Sequence record: SRR31156797_3512 | Direction: 5' to 3' (one strand) | DNA: 33,904 bases | In this document: piece by piece, positions 1 through 11,374 of the stretch | Position numbering within the stretch: the first letter of the stretch is position 1 | Layout: the number at the start of each line of letters is the position of its first letter | Translations under genes and position numbers: made by a program | The notes under the pieces: generated by a model | What the model was told of the DNA's origin: nothing | Database searches by the model: none | What the model saw: the letters and a program-made list of their open reading frames with translations, nothing else

Positions 1-84
1 GTTCCGATTGGCAAAGCAGCGGATTCCGCCCATACCTAAAATTGGAGCGTGTTGTAAACAGTGTTTTAGACTGCGATAAAAATA

Positions 85-113
85 AAGCTGCAGTATGTGT
101 ATTACTGCAGCTT
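85..113 (-). terminator. Probable intrinsic terminator downstream of the GH2 gene
   Basis: Inverted repeat AAGCTGCAGTA...TACTGCAGCTT followed on the minus strand by TATTTTTAT, about 35 nt after the GH2 stop codon. Confidence 0.6.
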
Positions 114-148
114 CAATTAGAGCGCTCATCCATATTATTAGATGAGCG

Positions 149-2851
149 TTATTTTGGTGTTTCTCCGCATTCTGTTTGTTGGTCTTCGACGCCTTTTAGT
201 CGTAAACGGAGTGCTTCGTGTCTTTCAAGCTTATGCTGTTTTTCTACTGCAAACTCTTGCGCCAGCTTGTTAACGGTTTCTTTATTCACCTTAAAAGATT
301 GTTGTTCATTGGCTAACAGTGGCAGCGTTGTAGGCTGCGAGCATATGACTAGTTCATCAGGTATTAAAGAGTTCAATCCTTCTACTGCAGGGCGAGCCTG
401 GATGCGGATTTCTCCTGCGTTAAGAGAAGTTCTAATTAATGCTGGTGCTGTTCCCCATTCAACTGTTTTTGGGTTGGAATCTGCTCTATCACAAGTCATG
501 AGTCCTGCTTCACCGAGAACTGTAAATGTGACTTTGCTTCTCGCAAGACGTTTGATGTTGCCGCTGTCATCTGTGATTTCTGCTATTACGGTTACCAGTT
601 GCGAACCATCAGCAACAATTGGCGAATCTTCATCGAGTAGGCGTAAACGTATACGAGTGGGTCTACGTGCGGGGTATTTCACTTCTTTGCAAACGACGTG
701 GCTATCGACGAGACCTTCAGCGATTAGGCAGGCTTGTTCAAACTGTTCTGCTCTATGCTTGTCTTTTATGTCCATAAAATCATAAACATTTTTGAACACT
801 GCTGGCTTATAAGGAATACCTAACTCATCATTTTTAGCGGTTATGGTGCCAATTTCTTTGCCACAGAGAGTTAAGCGCACTTGATCCGCATTACAGCATA
901 CAATGACATCTGGGGAAGATATTGGTGTTAGTTCATGTAGAATAGCAATGTGGTAACCACTTTCTGCAATAGGGTGTGCAATTAGAGGATTACGCTGACA
1001 ACGAAAGATGTCATAAGAGTACTTCTGTTGACGGAATGAATCCATAACCCCTCCCCAGAACTGTTCTGGGTGGTATCCCCTTTGGTGATCAAACCCGTGC
1101 CAAAGTGTACCGCCCACATGCTGTTTAGGTGTTCTATATAGCGTGTTGATGCTGGTAGCATATTGGTGTGCACCATCTCCAGATCCAAAAGCATAGTGCA
1201 TCGATTGAACTATTTGTGCCTGTTCCCCCCAACTGCGATGAACACGACTGCTTGAGTTATGAGAGTTCCAATCGTCGACATTATCGCCCCACTCTCGAGT
1301 AAAGCTTGCTTTTCCTTTAAATAAGTCAAAACCGATTTTCTCTTGATTGTTTGATTCGGCTCTCATTTGGTTTGGGTGAGCATAAACCATGTCTGAGAAC
1401 TGCTCTGCATTGAGGTAACTGTCGAGAGGAACGATTGCACCATAAGGAAACTCTTGATGAACGATCTGATAAATGTCTTTGAGAAAGTGTTCAGGTTGAT
1501 GAGTTTCATTGAGCGCTGGTTCAAAAGCCATAACCGATGCGTGATTTCGGTCTCGACGAATCTTTTGGCGGATGTTGGACTTTGCTTGAGATATGAATAC
1601 TGGGGAATCGTTCCAGAACTGCCAACCAATAGACGGAATAAGAAGCAGCATACCAAGTTCATCTGCCGCATCCATAAACGCTGGAGACTGAGGGTAGTGT
1701 GCGGTGCGTATCACTCGCATACCCGCATCTCGCAACAGTTTCACATCATGCCAATGCATGTTGTTACTCAAGGCGCTACCAACATAAGTATGGTATTGAT
1801 GTCGGTTTACACCGATGAGCTTGTCTGCAAAAGGCGAGCCATTAATAAATAACCCTTCCTCTCCGCGTAGCTCTATAGAACGAATTCCTACTCTGATTCG
1901 AACCTCATCAATTTTTTGTCCTTGCTGATCAAACAACGAACATTCCAACCAATAAAGGTAAGGTTGATCAGGATGCCAAAGCGTCGGTGTTTCAATGGTT
2001 AACGACTGCTCAATATGCTGGTTGCTCAATGCGTTGAGTAGCAGTTTGTTTTGTGTTGAAGCGGTTTGTTGTCCCTGATGATCAATCAAACAAGTGCTGA
2101 GAATTAGCTCTTGAGTATGCTTTTCAGCATTCGCTAAATGAGATTTGATATTGACTGTAGCACTATCGACCGAGACGTTTTCATAGTGTACAAAAATCCC
2201 GCCACCGGAAACTTCATTAACTTGATTGGCATGGGTAATGTAAGTGTTTGCTGTGGTATAGAGCCAAACATTTCGGTACATGCCACCGACATAGGTGAAG
2301 TCGAGCTCTGATTGATTTTTACCGGCAGGATAGTTGGGGTCATCACTATTATCCGCTAGTACGCAGATAACGTTGGTTGCTGCAATTTTGACGAAATCGG
2401 TGACATCCAAAACCATACCAAGAAAGCCTTCAAAGTTTTCTTTAACTAGTTGGCCATTGATCCAGACTTTAGACTTACCTTGGATCGCTTCAAAGTTAAT
2501 AAAGACTCGTTTGTTTGCAAACTCTGTAGATAAGTCGAAGTATTTACGATACCAAACTTCGCCCTGATAGTTGATTGACCCACTGGCATCTTCAGGGAGT
2601 AATTCGACACTATGAGGCGCATTAATCATCTCCCAGTCGCTGTCGTCGGTGAGTTCAAGGTGGCCTTGTGGATGTTTCCCTTTATAAAATCGCCAGCCGG
2701 TGCTGAAGTTAAATAGGGTTCTCGGGCTTGATTCTGTATGGAAAAAACCTGCAGTAGAAAATTTAGGGTGGTGTACTGTTCCCAATGACTTGTTAGGGAT
2801 AGTTACATAAGACTGACAGGGTTTGTGTTCAGGGGCATCTAGAATGGCCAT
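149..2851 (-). CDS. Glycoside hydrolase family 2 (beta-galactosidase/glucuronidase-like), about 900 aa, no signal peptide
   Basis: GH2 motifs: sugar-binding domain (WYRKYF, FEAIQGKSKVWING), GGMYRNVWL, TIM-barrel GVNRHQ, RTAHYP, RDRNHASV, acid/base NET and nucleophile-like REWG, plus a C-terminal Ig-like region. Start moved from 2884 to the ATG at 2851, which has an AAGGA ribosome-binding site upstream. Confidence 0.9.
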   Translation of the reverse strand: MAILDAPEHKPCQSYVTIPNKSLGTVHHPKFSTAGFFHTESSPRTLFNFSTGWRFYKGKHPQGHLELTDDSDWEMINAPHSVELLPEDASGSINYQGEVWYRKYFDLSTEFANKRVFINFEAIQGKSKVWINGQLVKENFEGFLGMVLDVTDFVKIAATNVICVLADNSDDPNYPAGKNQSELDFTYVGGMYRNVWLYTTANTYITHANQVNEVSGGGIFVHYENVSVDSATVNIKSHLANAEKHTQELILSTCLIDHQGQQTASTQNKLLLNALSNQHIEQSLTIETPTLWHPDQPYLYWLECSLFDQQGQKIDEVRIRVGIRSIELRGEEGLFINGSPFADKLIGVNRHQYHTYVGSALSNNMHWHDVKLLRDAGMRVIRTAHYPQSPAFMDAADELGMLLLIPSIGWQFWNDSPVFISQAKSNIRQKIRRDRNHASVMAFEPALNETHQPEHFLKDIYQIVHQEFPYGAIVPLDSYLNAEQFSDMVYAHPNQMRAESNNQEKIGFDLFKGKASFTREWGDNVDDWNSHNSSSRVHRSWGEQAQIVQSMHYAFGSGDGAHQYATSINTLYRTPKQHVGGTLWHGFDHQRGYHPEQFWGGVMDSFRQQKYSYDIFRCQRNPLIAHPIAESGYHIAILHELTPISSPDVIVCCNADQVRLTLCGKEIGTITAKNDELGIPYKPAVFKNVYDFMDIKDKHRAEQFEQACLIAEGLVDSHVVCKEVKYPARRPTRIRLRLLDEDSPIVADGSQLVTVIAEITDDSGNIKRLARSKVTFTVLGEAGLMTCDRADSNPKTVEWGTAPALIRTSLNAGEIRIQARPAVEGLNSLIPDELVICSQPTTLPLLANEQQSFKVNKETVNKLAQEFAVEKQHKLERHEALRLRLKGVEDQQTECGETPK

Positions 2852-3188
2852 GAGTAAGGTCCTTGGAATTAACTTAAAGATCAACGCACTAGCAAATAAC
2901 TATGAGCTAATGCGCTGAAGGAAGCATTGAAGCATTGTGGATTTTATAAGTTTTACATTGTCCACTTCTGCCAATGTGGAGGGATCTCGACGAGTATCAT
3001 GAAAATATTGTGTTCATTGCAGCAAGTTGAACGGTTAAGTTATTGAAGTGTTTAATCAGCAATCCAGCAATTATACCGTCGTTTCAATTGTTACAATTTT
3101 GATAAAAATATTGCCGTTAAGCGAAAAACGATGGTCTAAGCTATGAGATGTAAAAGCGAATTGTTTTCAATGAGTATAAGGATATTCC

Positions 3189-4109
3189 ATGAAAGGTCAC
3201 ATTGATGTATCAGCTCAACAAATACAGCAAACTCGAGAAATTCCTCAAGAAGCGTTTGATTGGTATGACGAATATGCTCATGGCGTGATTGACCGACGTG
3301 AGTTTATGAAGCGATTGTCGGGTTTAGCGGTACTTGGTTTCAGTATGACGGTTTTGACTTCGGCACTGTTGCCTAATTACGCTCTTGCTGAGCAAGTCTC
3401 TTTTAACGATTCAAAAATCAAAGCAACCTACGTAGAGTTTGATTCCCCGAAAGGACACGGAAAAGGCAGAGGCTATCTTGTGATGCCCCGTGAGTTGCAA
3501 GGAACGGCTCCTGTCGTTCTGGTTGTGCATGAGAACCGAGGTTTGAATCCCTATATTGAAGATGTTGCTCGACGTTTGGCGATGAACGGCTATATCGCTT
3601 TCGCTCCTGATGCGTTATTCCCACTTGGAGGCTATCCGGGAAATGACGATGATGGGAGAGCGATGCAAAGCAGCATGGACAGAGCCAAAATTGAAGAAGA
3701 CTTTATCGCTGCTGCTAAGTTTATTAAGTCGCATTCCAGTAGCTCAGGTAAGTTAGGTGCAGTGGGATTCTGTTTTGGTGGTTATGTCGTCAACATGCTC
3801 GCTGCAACGATGCCGGATGAGCTTAATGCCGGCGTTCCTTTCTATGGTACTCCCTCTGCTGAGAGTATTCGTAACCAAGTTAAAGGTCCGCTATTAATTC
3901 AGTTTGCCGAGTTAGATAAACGAGTGAACGGCACATGGCCTGATTATGAGAAAGTCCTAATGGCTAACAACGTACCGTATGAGGCTCATATCTACCCCGG
4001 GGTGAATCATGGCTTTCATAATGATTCTACAGGTCGCTACAATGAAGAAGCTGCCGAGTTAGCTTGGGAAAGAACGTTAGTCTTTTTCGATAAACATTTA
4101 AGTGCGTAA
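3189..4109 (+). CDS. Dienelactone hydrolase family protein (YghX-like) with twin-arginine motif
   Basis: VVHENRGLNPYIEDVARRLA, nucleophile motif GFCFGG, HGFHND; DRREFMKRL followed by a hydrophobic stretch ending ALA; AAGGA RBS upstream. Confidence 0.88.
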   Translation: MKGHIDVSAQQIQQTREIPQEAFDWYDEYAHGVIDRREFMKRLSGLAVLGFSMTVLTSALLPNYALAEQVSFNDSKIKATYVEFDSPKGHGKGRGYLVMPRELQGTAPVVLVVHENRGLNPYIEDVARRLAMNGYIAFAPDALFPLGGYPGNDDDGRAMQSSMDRAKIEEDFIAAAKFIKSHSSSSGKLGAVGFCFGGYVVNMLAATMPDELNAGVPFYGTPSAESIRNQVKGPLLIQFAELDKRVNGTWPDYEKVLMANNVPYEAHIYPGVNHGFHNDSTGRYNEEAAELAWERTLVFFDKHLSA

Positions 4110-4126
4110 TTTTACTTTGGGATCTT

Positions 4127-4159
4127 TATACCTAAGTATCTTGAGGATACTTAGGTATA
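4127..4159. repeat. 33-bp palindrome with TATA termini; likely collapsed MITE/ERIC-like element
   Basis: TATACCTAAGTATC-TTGAG-GATACTTAGGTATA, 14-bp perfect arms. The reverse complement of its right 22 nt matches 33852-33873 at 19 of 22 positions. Confidence 0.7.
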
Positions 4160-4243
4160 CGTTGTAGAACCTATCAAACACTTAGAGTCGCTCGTCTATT
4201 TTGAAGCTGTTATGATGGCAAAAAATAGAAGAGGAAGTTATTG

Positions 4244-4576
4244 ATGCCACATTTACGTTTTCGTGCTGTTGAACCGCAAACAGTACAAGCTCTATCCGCT
4301 CCGCTGACTGATGCTCTACAGCCACTAATGAAATCACCTCGTGAAGATTTTACCTTCGAATATATCTACACCACTTTTTATCAGGAAGGATCAGTCACTC
4401 AGGCATACCCGTTTGTGGAAGTGCTTTGGTTTGAGCGTGGTCAGGACGTTAAGGATCAGTCTGCTCAGATCATTACACAACAAGTAAGAGGCATTGTTGG
4501 CGAAGATGTCGATGTTGCGGTCATTTTCACTGCGCTTAATACTGTTGATTACTACGATAATGGCGAACATTATTAA
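4244..4576 (+). CDS. DUF1904 family protein (tautomerase/MIF-like fold)
   Basis: MPHLRFRAV N-terminus, PFVEVLWFERGQ, YYDNGEHY C-terminus. ATG at 4244 with GAGGAAG RBS is preferred over TTG at 4241. Confidence 0.8.
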   Translation: MPHLRFRAVEPQTVQALSAPLTDALQPLMKSPREDFTFEYIYTTFYQEGSVTQAYPFVEVLWFERGQDVKDQSAQIITQQVRGIVGEDVDVAVIFTALNTVDYYDNGEHY

Positions 4577-4585
4577 GGAGCGAAG

Positions 4586-5308
4586 ATGAACCCCGTTGTT
4601 GATACGATTAAAGGTCATCGCTCTATTCGTGCGTTTAAAGATGAGCCTATCTCAGCACAGCAGCTAAATACGATTATTGAATCTGGTATTGCGGCATCAA
4701 GCTCAAGTTTATTGCAGGTGGTTTCAGTAATTCGTGTTACCGATAAACAGAAGCGAGAAAAACTGGCTGAGTTGGCTGGTAATCAAAAATATGTTGCTAC
4801 TGCAGCAGAGTTTCTGGTGTTCTGTATTGATTATCAGCGTCATTTTGAAATGAATCCCAATGTAAAACCAGAGTTCACAGAGCTTACTTTGATCGGTGCG
4901 GTGGACTCAGGAATTATGGCGCAGAACTGCCTGTTAGCCGCTGAGTCTATGGGCTTAGGTGGTGTTTACATTGGAGGCTTACGTAACTCACCCAACGAAG
5001 TGGATGAGCTATTAGGATTACCTAAATACACTGCGATTCTGTTTGGGATGTGTTTGGGGCACCCTGATCAGGATCCACAATTAAAGCCTCGCTTAGGTGC
5101 GAATGTGATTGTGCACGAGAATACCTACCAGCCATTAGATAAAGCTGCGATTGAGGAATACGACCAGACTATGTTGGATTACTATCAAAGTCGTTCGAGC
5201 AATACCAAGCAACAAGGTTGGTCTGAGCAGATAACCGGCAAGCTGAGTCAGGAATCGCGCCCCCATATGTTGGGTTACCTGAACAGTAAAGGCTTGACTC
5301 AAAAGTAG
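4586..5308 (+). CDS. nfsA: Oxygen-insensitive NADPH nitroreductase / NADPH-flavin oxidoreductase (NfsA/Frp)
   Basis: 240 aa; HRSIRAF, ASSSSLLQ, GLGGVYIGGLRN, KPRL and ESRPH motifs typical of NfsA/Frp; AAGGAG RBS. Confidence 0.92.
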   Translation: MNPVVDTIKGHRSIRAFKDEPISAQQLNTIIESGIAASSSSLLQVVSVIRVTDKQKREKLAELAGNQKYVATAAEFLVFCIDYQRHFEMNPNVKPEFTELTLIGAVDSGIMAQNCLLAAESMGLGGVYIGGLRNSPNEVDELLGLPKYTAILFGMCLGHPDQDPQLKPRLGANVIVHENTYQPLDKAAIEEYDQTMLDYYQSRSSNTKQQGWSEQITGKLSQESRPHMLGYLNSKGLTQK

Positions 5309-5326
5309 CCCATAACAGATAAAACA

Positions 5327-5350
5327 AAGCCCGGTCATTTGACTGGGCTT
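5327..5350. terminator. Bidirectional intrinsic terminator between convergent nfsA and yfhL
   Basis: AAGCCCGGTC-ATTT-GACTGGGCTT hairpin with an A-rich left flank and a T-rich right flank. Confidence 0.7.
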
Positions 5351-5372
5351 CTTCTTTTTATCTTATTGAAAG

Positions 5373-7030
<1,658 letters not shown>

Positions 7031-7083
7031 GTGTAATTCTCTTAGTCTGATCTCAAGTCAGGTCTATTCCACCATATGGAATA

Positions 7084-7121
7084 GGGGCGCAAATTTTACG
7101 TCAAAATGTGAGCTATGCCTA
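7084..7121 (-). promoter_or_regulatory. Probable sigma70 promoter of trhP with GC-rich discriminator
   Basis: Minus strand reads TAGGCA-N17-TAAAAT-TTGCGCCCC; the -35 match is weak. Confidence 0.45.
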
Positions 7122-7148
7122 GTAAAGATTAGAACGAGAAATACTGAA

Positions 7149-7178
7149 AGACTGACTCCGCGATTCCGGAGTCAGTCT
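7149..7178 (-). terminator. Hairpin just downstream of rdgC (possible terminator)
   Basis: AGACTGACTCCG-N6-CGGAGTCAGTCT, a 12-bp perfect stem with only a short U-tract on the minus strand. Confidence 0.5.
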
Positions 7179-7186
7179 GGGAAGGG

Positions 7187-8101
7187 TTAAGCGTCAGCTT
7201 GTGGAAGTCCGCCAAGAACTTCAAATAGATTTGGTAAGAACGCAGAGAACTCGCCACACAGTAAAGAGAGGTCAGCATCAAGACGTGCTGCTTGATCTTC
7301 ACGAGGAATATCTTCGTTTTGATCTTTTAATTCATCACTGTATTGAAGACGCTTCAAGCTGCAGTCTTCTGCTAGTATAAAGCTCAAACGATCTTGCCAG
7401 TTAAGCGCAAGCTTAGTGACAACCTTGTTCGCTTGAATATGGCTTAGAATCTCGTCGCTGGTCAGCTCTTGTTTTTTACAGCGGATAATCGCGCCATCAT
7501 CAAGGAAAGACTTCAGTTCAGCTTCGTCAAGAAGCTCAAAGCCTTGTGGCAGGTTGCCATCTTTTACCCATTCAGTCAGGGTTGTTTCAACGGCGACTTC
7601 AGGAATTGCAGGAACAACTGGCAGGCTACCCATACTCTTACGCAGCAGTGCTAATACGTCTTCTGCTTTTTTATAGCTGCTTGCATCCACTAAGATTAAA
7701 CCCTCTTTAGGCATAATCAGTACGTAAGTCAGGTTACTGCGGCTGAACGCGCGAGGTAGAAGATCAATGATGATTTCATCTTTGATGTTGTCTTTTTCGG
7801 TCTTCTTAAGAGGACGACCTTCTTCAGCTTCTAACATCGCCACTTTGTCGTTCATTGACTCTTTGATGACTGATGCAGGAAGCATTTTTTCTTCTTTCTT
7901 GGCACAGATGAGAATGCGGTCTTCGCTGACGTGAGTCATCATGTCGCCATGTTTACCCAGAGCATGAACCCAACCAAATTTTTGCTTGTCCTGGCTGCCA
8001 CAAGGTGTGAAACGGAATTCTTCTAGCTGTTTTTCTAGTTGATCAGCGTTGAATTTGACATCGCGGTTGACACGATAAGCCATACAGTTTTTAAACCACA
8101 T
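7187..8101 (-). CDS. rdgC: Recombination-associated protein RdgC
   Basis: [11 protein letters not shown]-terminus, [31 protein letters not shown]. Start moved to the ATG at 8101 (AAGGA upstream). Divergent from phoB as in other gammaproteobacteria. Confidence 0.95.
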   Translation of the reverse strand: MWFKNCMAYRVNRDVKFNADQLEKQLEEFRFTPCGSQDKQKFGWVHALGKHGDMMTHVSEDRILICAKKEEKMLPASVIKESMNDKVAMLEAEEGRPLKKTEKDNIKDEIIIDLLPRAFSRSNLTYVLIMPKEGLILVDASSYKKAEDVLALLRKSMGSLPVVPAIPEVAVETTLTEWVKDGNLPQGFELLDEAELKSFLDDGAIIRCKKQELTSDEILSHIQANKVVTKLALNWQDRLSFILAEDCSLKRLQYSDELKDQNEDIPREDQAARLDADLSLLCGEFSAFLPNLFEVLGGLPQADA

Positions 8102-8237
8102 ATCTTTTCTTTTCCTTATTCGAAAGCCCAACATCATAGGGGATTTCGCTATGAATGTCTTATCTGAAATTTGAAAAATCTCGACTAATATAAAACGATG
8201 AAGGTGATGAGAAACTTATATTAAAAATTGTTTGCAA

Positions 8238-8271
8238 CAGTCACAAAAGTGTCATAATGATTTTCCATAAT
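8238..8271 (+). promoter_or_regulatory. Pho box plus -10 element (phoBR autoregulation)
   Basis: CAGTCAC-AAAA-GTGTCAT (8238-8255), half-sites on an 11-bp period, followed 10 nt later by CATAAT (8266-8271). Confidence 0.75.
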
Positions 8272-8337
8272 GCATATAACCAAGTGACATAAAAATACTT
8301 GGTTATACTGTCGATTAAAAATAAAGGTTATTCAATT

Positions 8338-9027
8338 ATGTCTAGAAGGATTCTGGTTGTTGAAGACGAAGCGCCAATTCGTGAAATGCTTTGCTTCGTT
8401 CTTGAACAGAAAGGCTACCAAGCAGTTGAAGCAGAAGACTACGATACTGCGGTAGAAAGATTAGCTGAACCCTTCCCTGATCTTGTTTTACTTGATTGGA
8501 TGCTACCTGGTGGTAGCGGCATTAACTTTATCAAACATATGAAGCGTGAAGAGCTGACTCGCAACATTCCGGTCGTGATGCTAACCGCGCGTGGCGAAGA
8601 AGAAGATAAAGTTCGTGGTTTAGAAGTGGGTGCCGATGATTACATCACTAAACCATTTTCTCCCAAAGAACTGGTTGCTCGCTTGAAAGCCGTGATTCGT
8701 CGTGTCACACCAACAGCTCTAGAAGAGCTGATTGATGTTCAAGGCTTGAAATTAGACCCAGTATCACACCGCGTAACCGCGAACGATGTCCCTCTGGATA
8801 TGGGGCCGACTGAATTCAAAATGCTGCACTTTTTCATGACCCATCAAGAGCGTGTGTATAGCCGTGAACAGTTATTAAACAACGTTTGGGGCACTAACGT
8901 TTATGTCGAAGATCGCACTGTCGATGTTCACATTCGTCGTCTGCGTAAAGCACTTGAAGAAGCCGGACATGATAAGCTTATTCAAACAGTGCGTGGGGCT
9001 GGTTATCGCTTCTCGACTAAAGCTTAA
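8338..9027 (+). CDS. phoB: Phosphate regulon response regulator PhoB
   Basis: [46 protein letters not shown]. Start set at ATG 8338. Confidence 0.97.
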   Translation: MSRRILVVEDEAPIREMLCFVLEQKGYQAVEAEDYDTAVERLAEPFPDLVLLDWMLPGGSGINFIKHMKREELTRNIPVVMLTARGEEEDKVRGLEVGADDYITKPFSPKELVARLKAVIRRVTPTALEELIDVQGLKLDPVSHRVTANDVPLDMGPTEFKMLHFFMTHQERVYSREQLLNNVWGTNVYVEDRTVDVHIRRLRKALEEAGHDKLIQTVRGAGYRFSTKA

Positions 9028-9062
9028 AAACGCAGGCTTAAAAGGATCGATATCAAGACATT

Positions 9063-10361
9063 ATGGTTGAACGGTTAACTTGGAAAAAGCTGGCCTGGGG
9101 GCTGGCTTTTTTTTACCTTCCATGGGTAGTGGTTGGATGGATTTTTGGATACATGCCGTGGTTACTTTTGACAGCGACGGCAATACAGCTGTTATGGCAC
9201 CTGCATAATCAGGTTCGCCTATCCGCTTGGCTATGGGACGAAAAGCGCCTTACGCCGCCCTCGGGTTCTGGCGACTGGGAATCTCTCTTCAATGGCATTT
9301 ATCGCCTGCAACAGCGTCAGCGTAAAAAACGTAAAGAGCTCACCAACTTAATTCGACGTTTCCGTAATGGTGCGGAATCATTGCCTGATGCGGTCGTGGT
9401 TTTTCGCAGCGAAGGTAACATCGTGTGGTGTAACCGCTTGGCTCAACATCTGCTAGGCTTTCGTTGGCCTGATGATTCAGGACAGCCGATTTCGAATCTG
9501 ATCCGCACTCCGGATTTCATCAAGTACCTGCAAAAAGACGATTTTTCTGAACCTCTGGAAATGCGCTCCCCACTGAATGTCGAACGTATGCTGGAATTGC
9601 GTATTGTGCCTTATACCGAAGGTGAGCACTTGATGGTGGTGCGTGATGTGACTCAGCTTAAGCAGCTCGAAGGTATGCGCCGAAACTTCTTTGCTAACGT
9701 TTCACACGAGTTGCGTACACCGATGACGGTTCTGCAAGGCTATTTGGAAATGACTGAAGATGCGGATGTTTTGGCAGGTCCAATGTGGCCAAAAGCTCAT
9801 GGCGTGATGACAGAACAGCTGAACCGCATGAACAGTTTGGTCAATCAATTACTCACGTTGTCGAAAATAGAAGCCGCACCGATGCATGAACTCGAAGATG
9901 TGGTTGATGTTCCGGCTATGTTGGAAATTCTCGAGAAAGAAGCCGTGAGTTTAAGTGGTAGTGATGAACATAAGTTGAAGTTTGAGGTTGATAAACAACT
10001 GAGAGTGTTGGCGGATGAAGATCAACTACGCAGCGCAATTTCCAACTTGGTTTACAACGCGGTTAAATACACGCCACCGGGCGCTGAAGTCAACGTACGT
10101 TGGTATCAAACGCCGCAAGGGGCATGTCTTGAGGTCGAAGACAAAGGCGACGGTATCGAACCGCAACACTTACATCGATTGACGGAACGTTTTTATCGCG
10201 TGGATAAAGCACGTTCTCGTGATACCGGTGGTAGCGGTCTAGGTTTGGCGATTGTAAAACATGCCTTATCACACCATGATTCTCATTTGGATATTACCAG
10301 TGAAGTGGGTAAGGGAAGTAAATTCTCATTTGTTCTTCCTAAGCGATTGGTTGTGCAATGA
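9063..10361 (+). CDS. phoR: Phosphate regulon sensor histidine kinase PhoR
   Basis: N-terminal membrane segment, PAS region, H-box [40 protein letters not shown]. Confidence 0.97.
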   Translation: MVERLTWKKLAWGLAFFYLPWVVVGWIFGYMPWLLLTATAIQLLWHLHNQVRLSAWLWDEKRLTPPSGSGDWESLFNGIYRLQQRQRKKRKELTNLIRRFRNGAESLPDAVVVFRSEGNIVWCNRLAQHLLGFRWPDDSGQPISNLIRTPDFIKYLQKDDFSEPLEMRSPLNVERMLELRIVPYTEGEHLMVVRDVTQLKQLEGMRRNFFANVSHELRTPMTVLQGYLEMTEDADVLAGPMWPKAHGVMTEQLNRMNSLVNQLLTLSKIEAAPMHELEDVVDVPAMLEILEKEAVSLSGSDEHKLKFEVDKQLRVLADEDQLRSAISNLVYNAVKYTPPGAEVNVRWYQTPQGACLEVEDKGDGIEPQHLHRLTERFYRVDKARSRDTGGSGLGLAIVKHALSHHDSHLDITSEVGKGSKFSFVLPKRLVVQ

Positions 10362-11314
10362 AGACTCTGACTCAACTGGTTATTTCAGCGCTATTGATAG
10401 TGCCTCAACTCAGTATTGCTGCTGATGACTTACAAGACTACACCAAGGTCTCTGGTGTCGCTGGTAGCTTATTGACCGTGGGCTCCGATACATTGGCTGG
10501 AATGACGTCCTTATGGGTTGAAGAGTTTCAGAGTGTTTATCCAAATGTGGATTCTCAGGTACAAGCATCGGGGTCAGCAACGGCTCCGCCAGCTTTGACT
10601 GAGGGGACCGCTCAATTTGGGCCTATGAGTCGTCCAATGAGAATGAGAGAGATTGAAGCTTTTGAGCGCGCCCATGGTTATAAGCCGACCGAATTACGCG
10701 TCGCTATTGATGCTATTGGTGTATTTGTTCATCGAGATAATCCTGTTGAAGGGTTGAATTTTACTCAGTTGGATAGCATTTTTTCTCAGACACTTCGCTG
10801 CGGTGCAACGAAAACCTCGAGTACATGGCAAGACCTAGGGCTGAGCTATGATTGGGCTAAACGTGGTATTCAGATGTTTGGTCGAAACTCAGTTTCTGGC
10901 ACTTATGGGTACTTTAAGCAAAATGCACTGTGCGGTGGGGATTTTAAGCGTAATGTTAATGAGCAGCCTGGTTCGGCCTCAGTGGTGCAGTCAGTAGCAT
11001 CATCAATTAACACCATCGGTTACTCTGGAGTCGGATACAAGGTATCAGGGGTAAAACTCATTCCTATCGCGAAAGAGGGGAGTGATTACGTGATGCCAAC
11101 CCATCAGAATATTTTGTCGGGTAAGTACCCACTTTCGCGCTATCTGTTTGTTTATGTTAACAAGCACCCGGTGCGAGACTTAACGCCGATTCAGCGAGAG
11201 TTTATTCGCTTTATATTTTCTAAGCAGGGACAAAGCTTGGTAGCGAAAGATGGTTACTTGCCTATTTCTGCTGAAATAGCAAAACAGGAATTACAAAAGG
11301 TCGGCGTTGAGTAG
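10358..11314 (+). CDS. pstS: Phosphate ABC transporter substrate-binding protein (PstS family)
   Basis: Signal peptide, [32 protein letters not shown]; start overlaps the phoR stop (ATGA). Confidence 0.9.
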   Translation: MKTLTQLVISALLIVPQLSIAADDLQDYTKVSGVAGSLLTVGSDTLAGMTSLWVEEFQSVYPNVDSQVQASGSATAPPALTEGTAQFGPMSRPMRMREIEAFERAHGYKPTELRVAIDAIGVFVHRDNPVEGLNFTQLDSIFSQTLRCGATKTSSTWQDLGLSYDWAKRGIQMFGRNSVSGTYGYFKQNALCGGDFKRNVNEQPGSASVVQSVASSINTIGYSGVGYKVSGVKLIPIAKEGSDYVMPTHQNILSGKYPLSRYLFVYVNKHPVRDLTPIQREFIRFIFSKQGQSLVAKDGYLPISAEIAKQELQKVGVE

Positions 11315-11333
11315 TTAACTCTCCTTGTAAACA

Positions 11334-11373
11334 GACATAAAAGTAGCCTCAATAACGAGGCTACTTTTATGTC
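11334..11373. terminator. Bidirectional terminator between convergent pstS and ppx
   Basis: GACATAAAAGTAGCCTC-N6-GAGGCTACTTTTATGTC, 17-bp perfect arms. Confidence 0.8.
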
Positions 11374-11374
11374 A

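Noticed and set aside
1-33. Possible minus-strand gene start (MGGIRCFANRN...) running off the window
   Set aside because: Only 11 codons are visible and the candidate RBS is badly spaced; it cannot be supported.
42-785. 247-aa plus-strand ORF
   Set aside because: Antisense to the GH2 C-terminus, TTG start, Ser/Cys-rich with no recognisable domain; most likely a shadow ORF.
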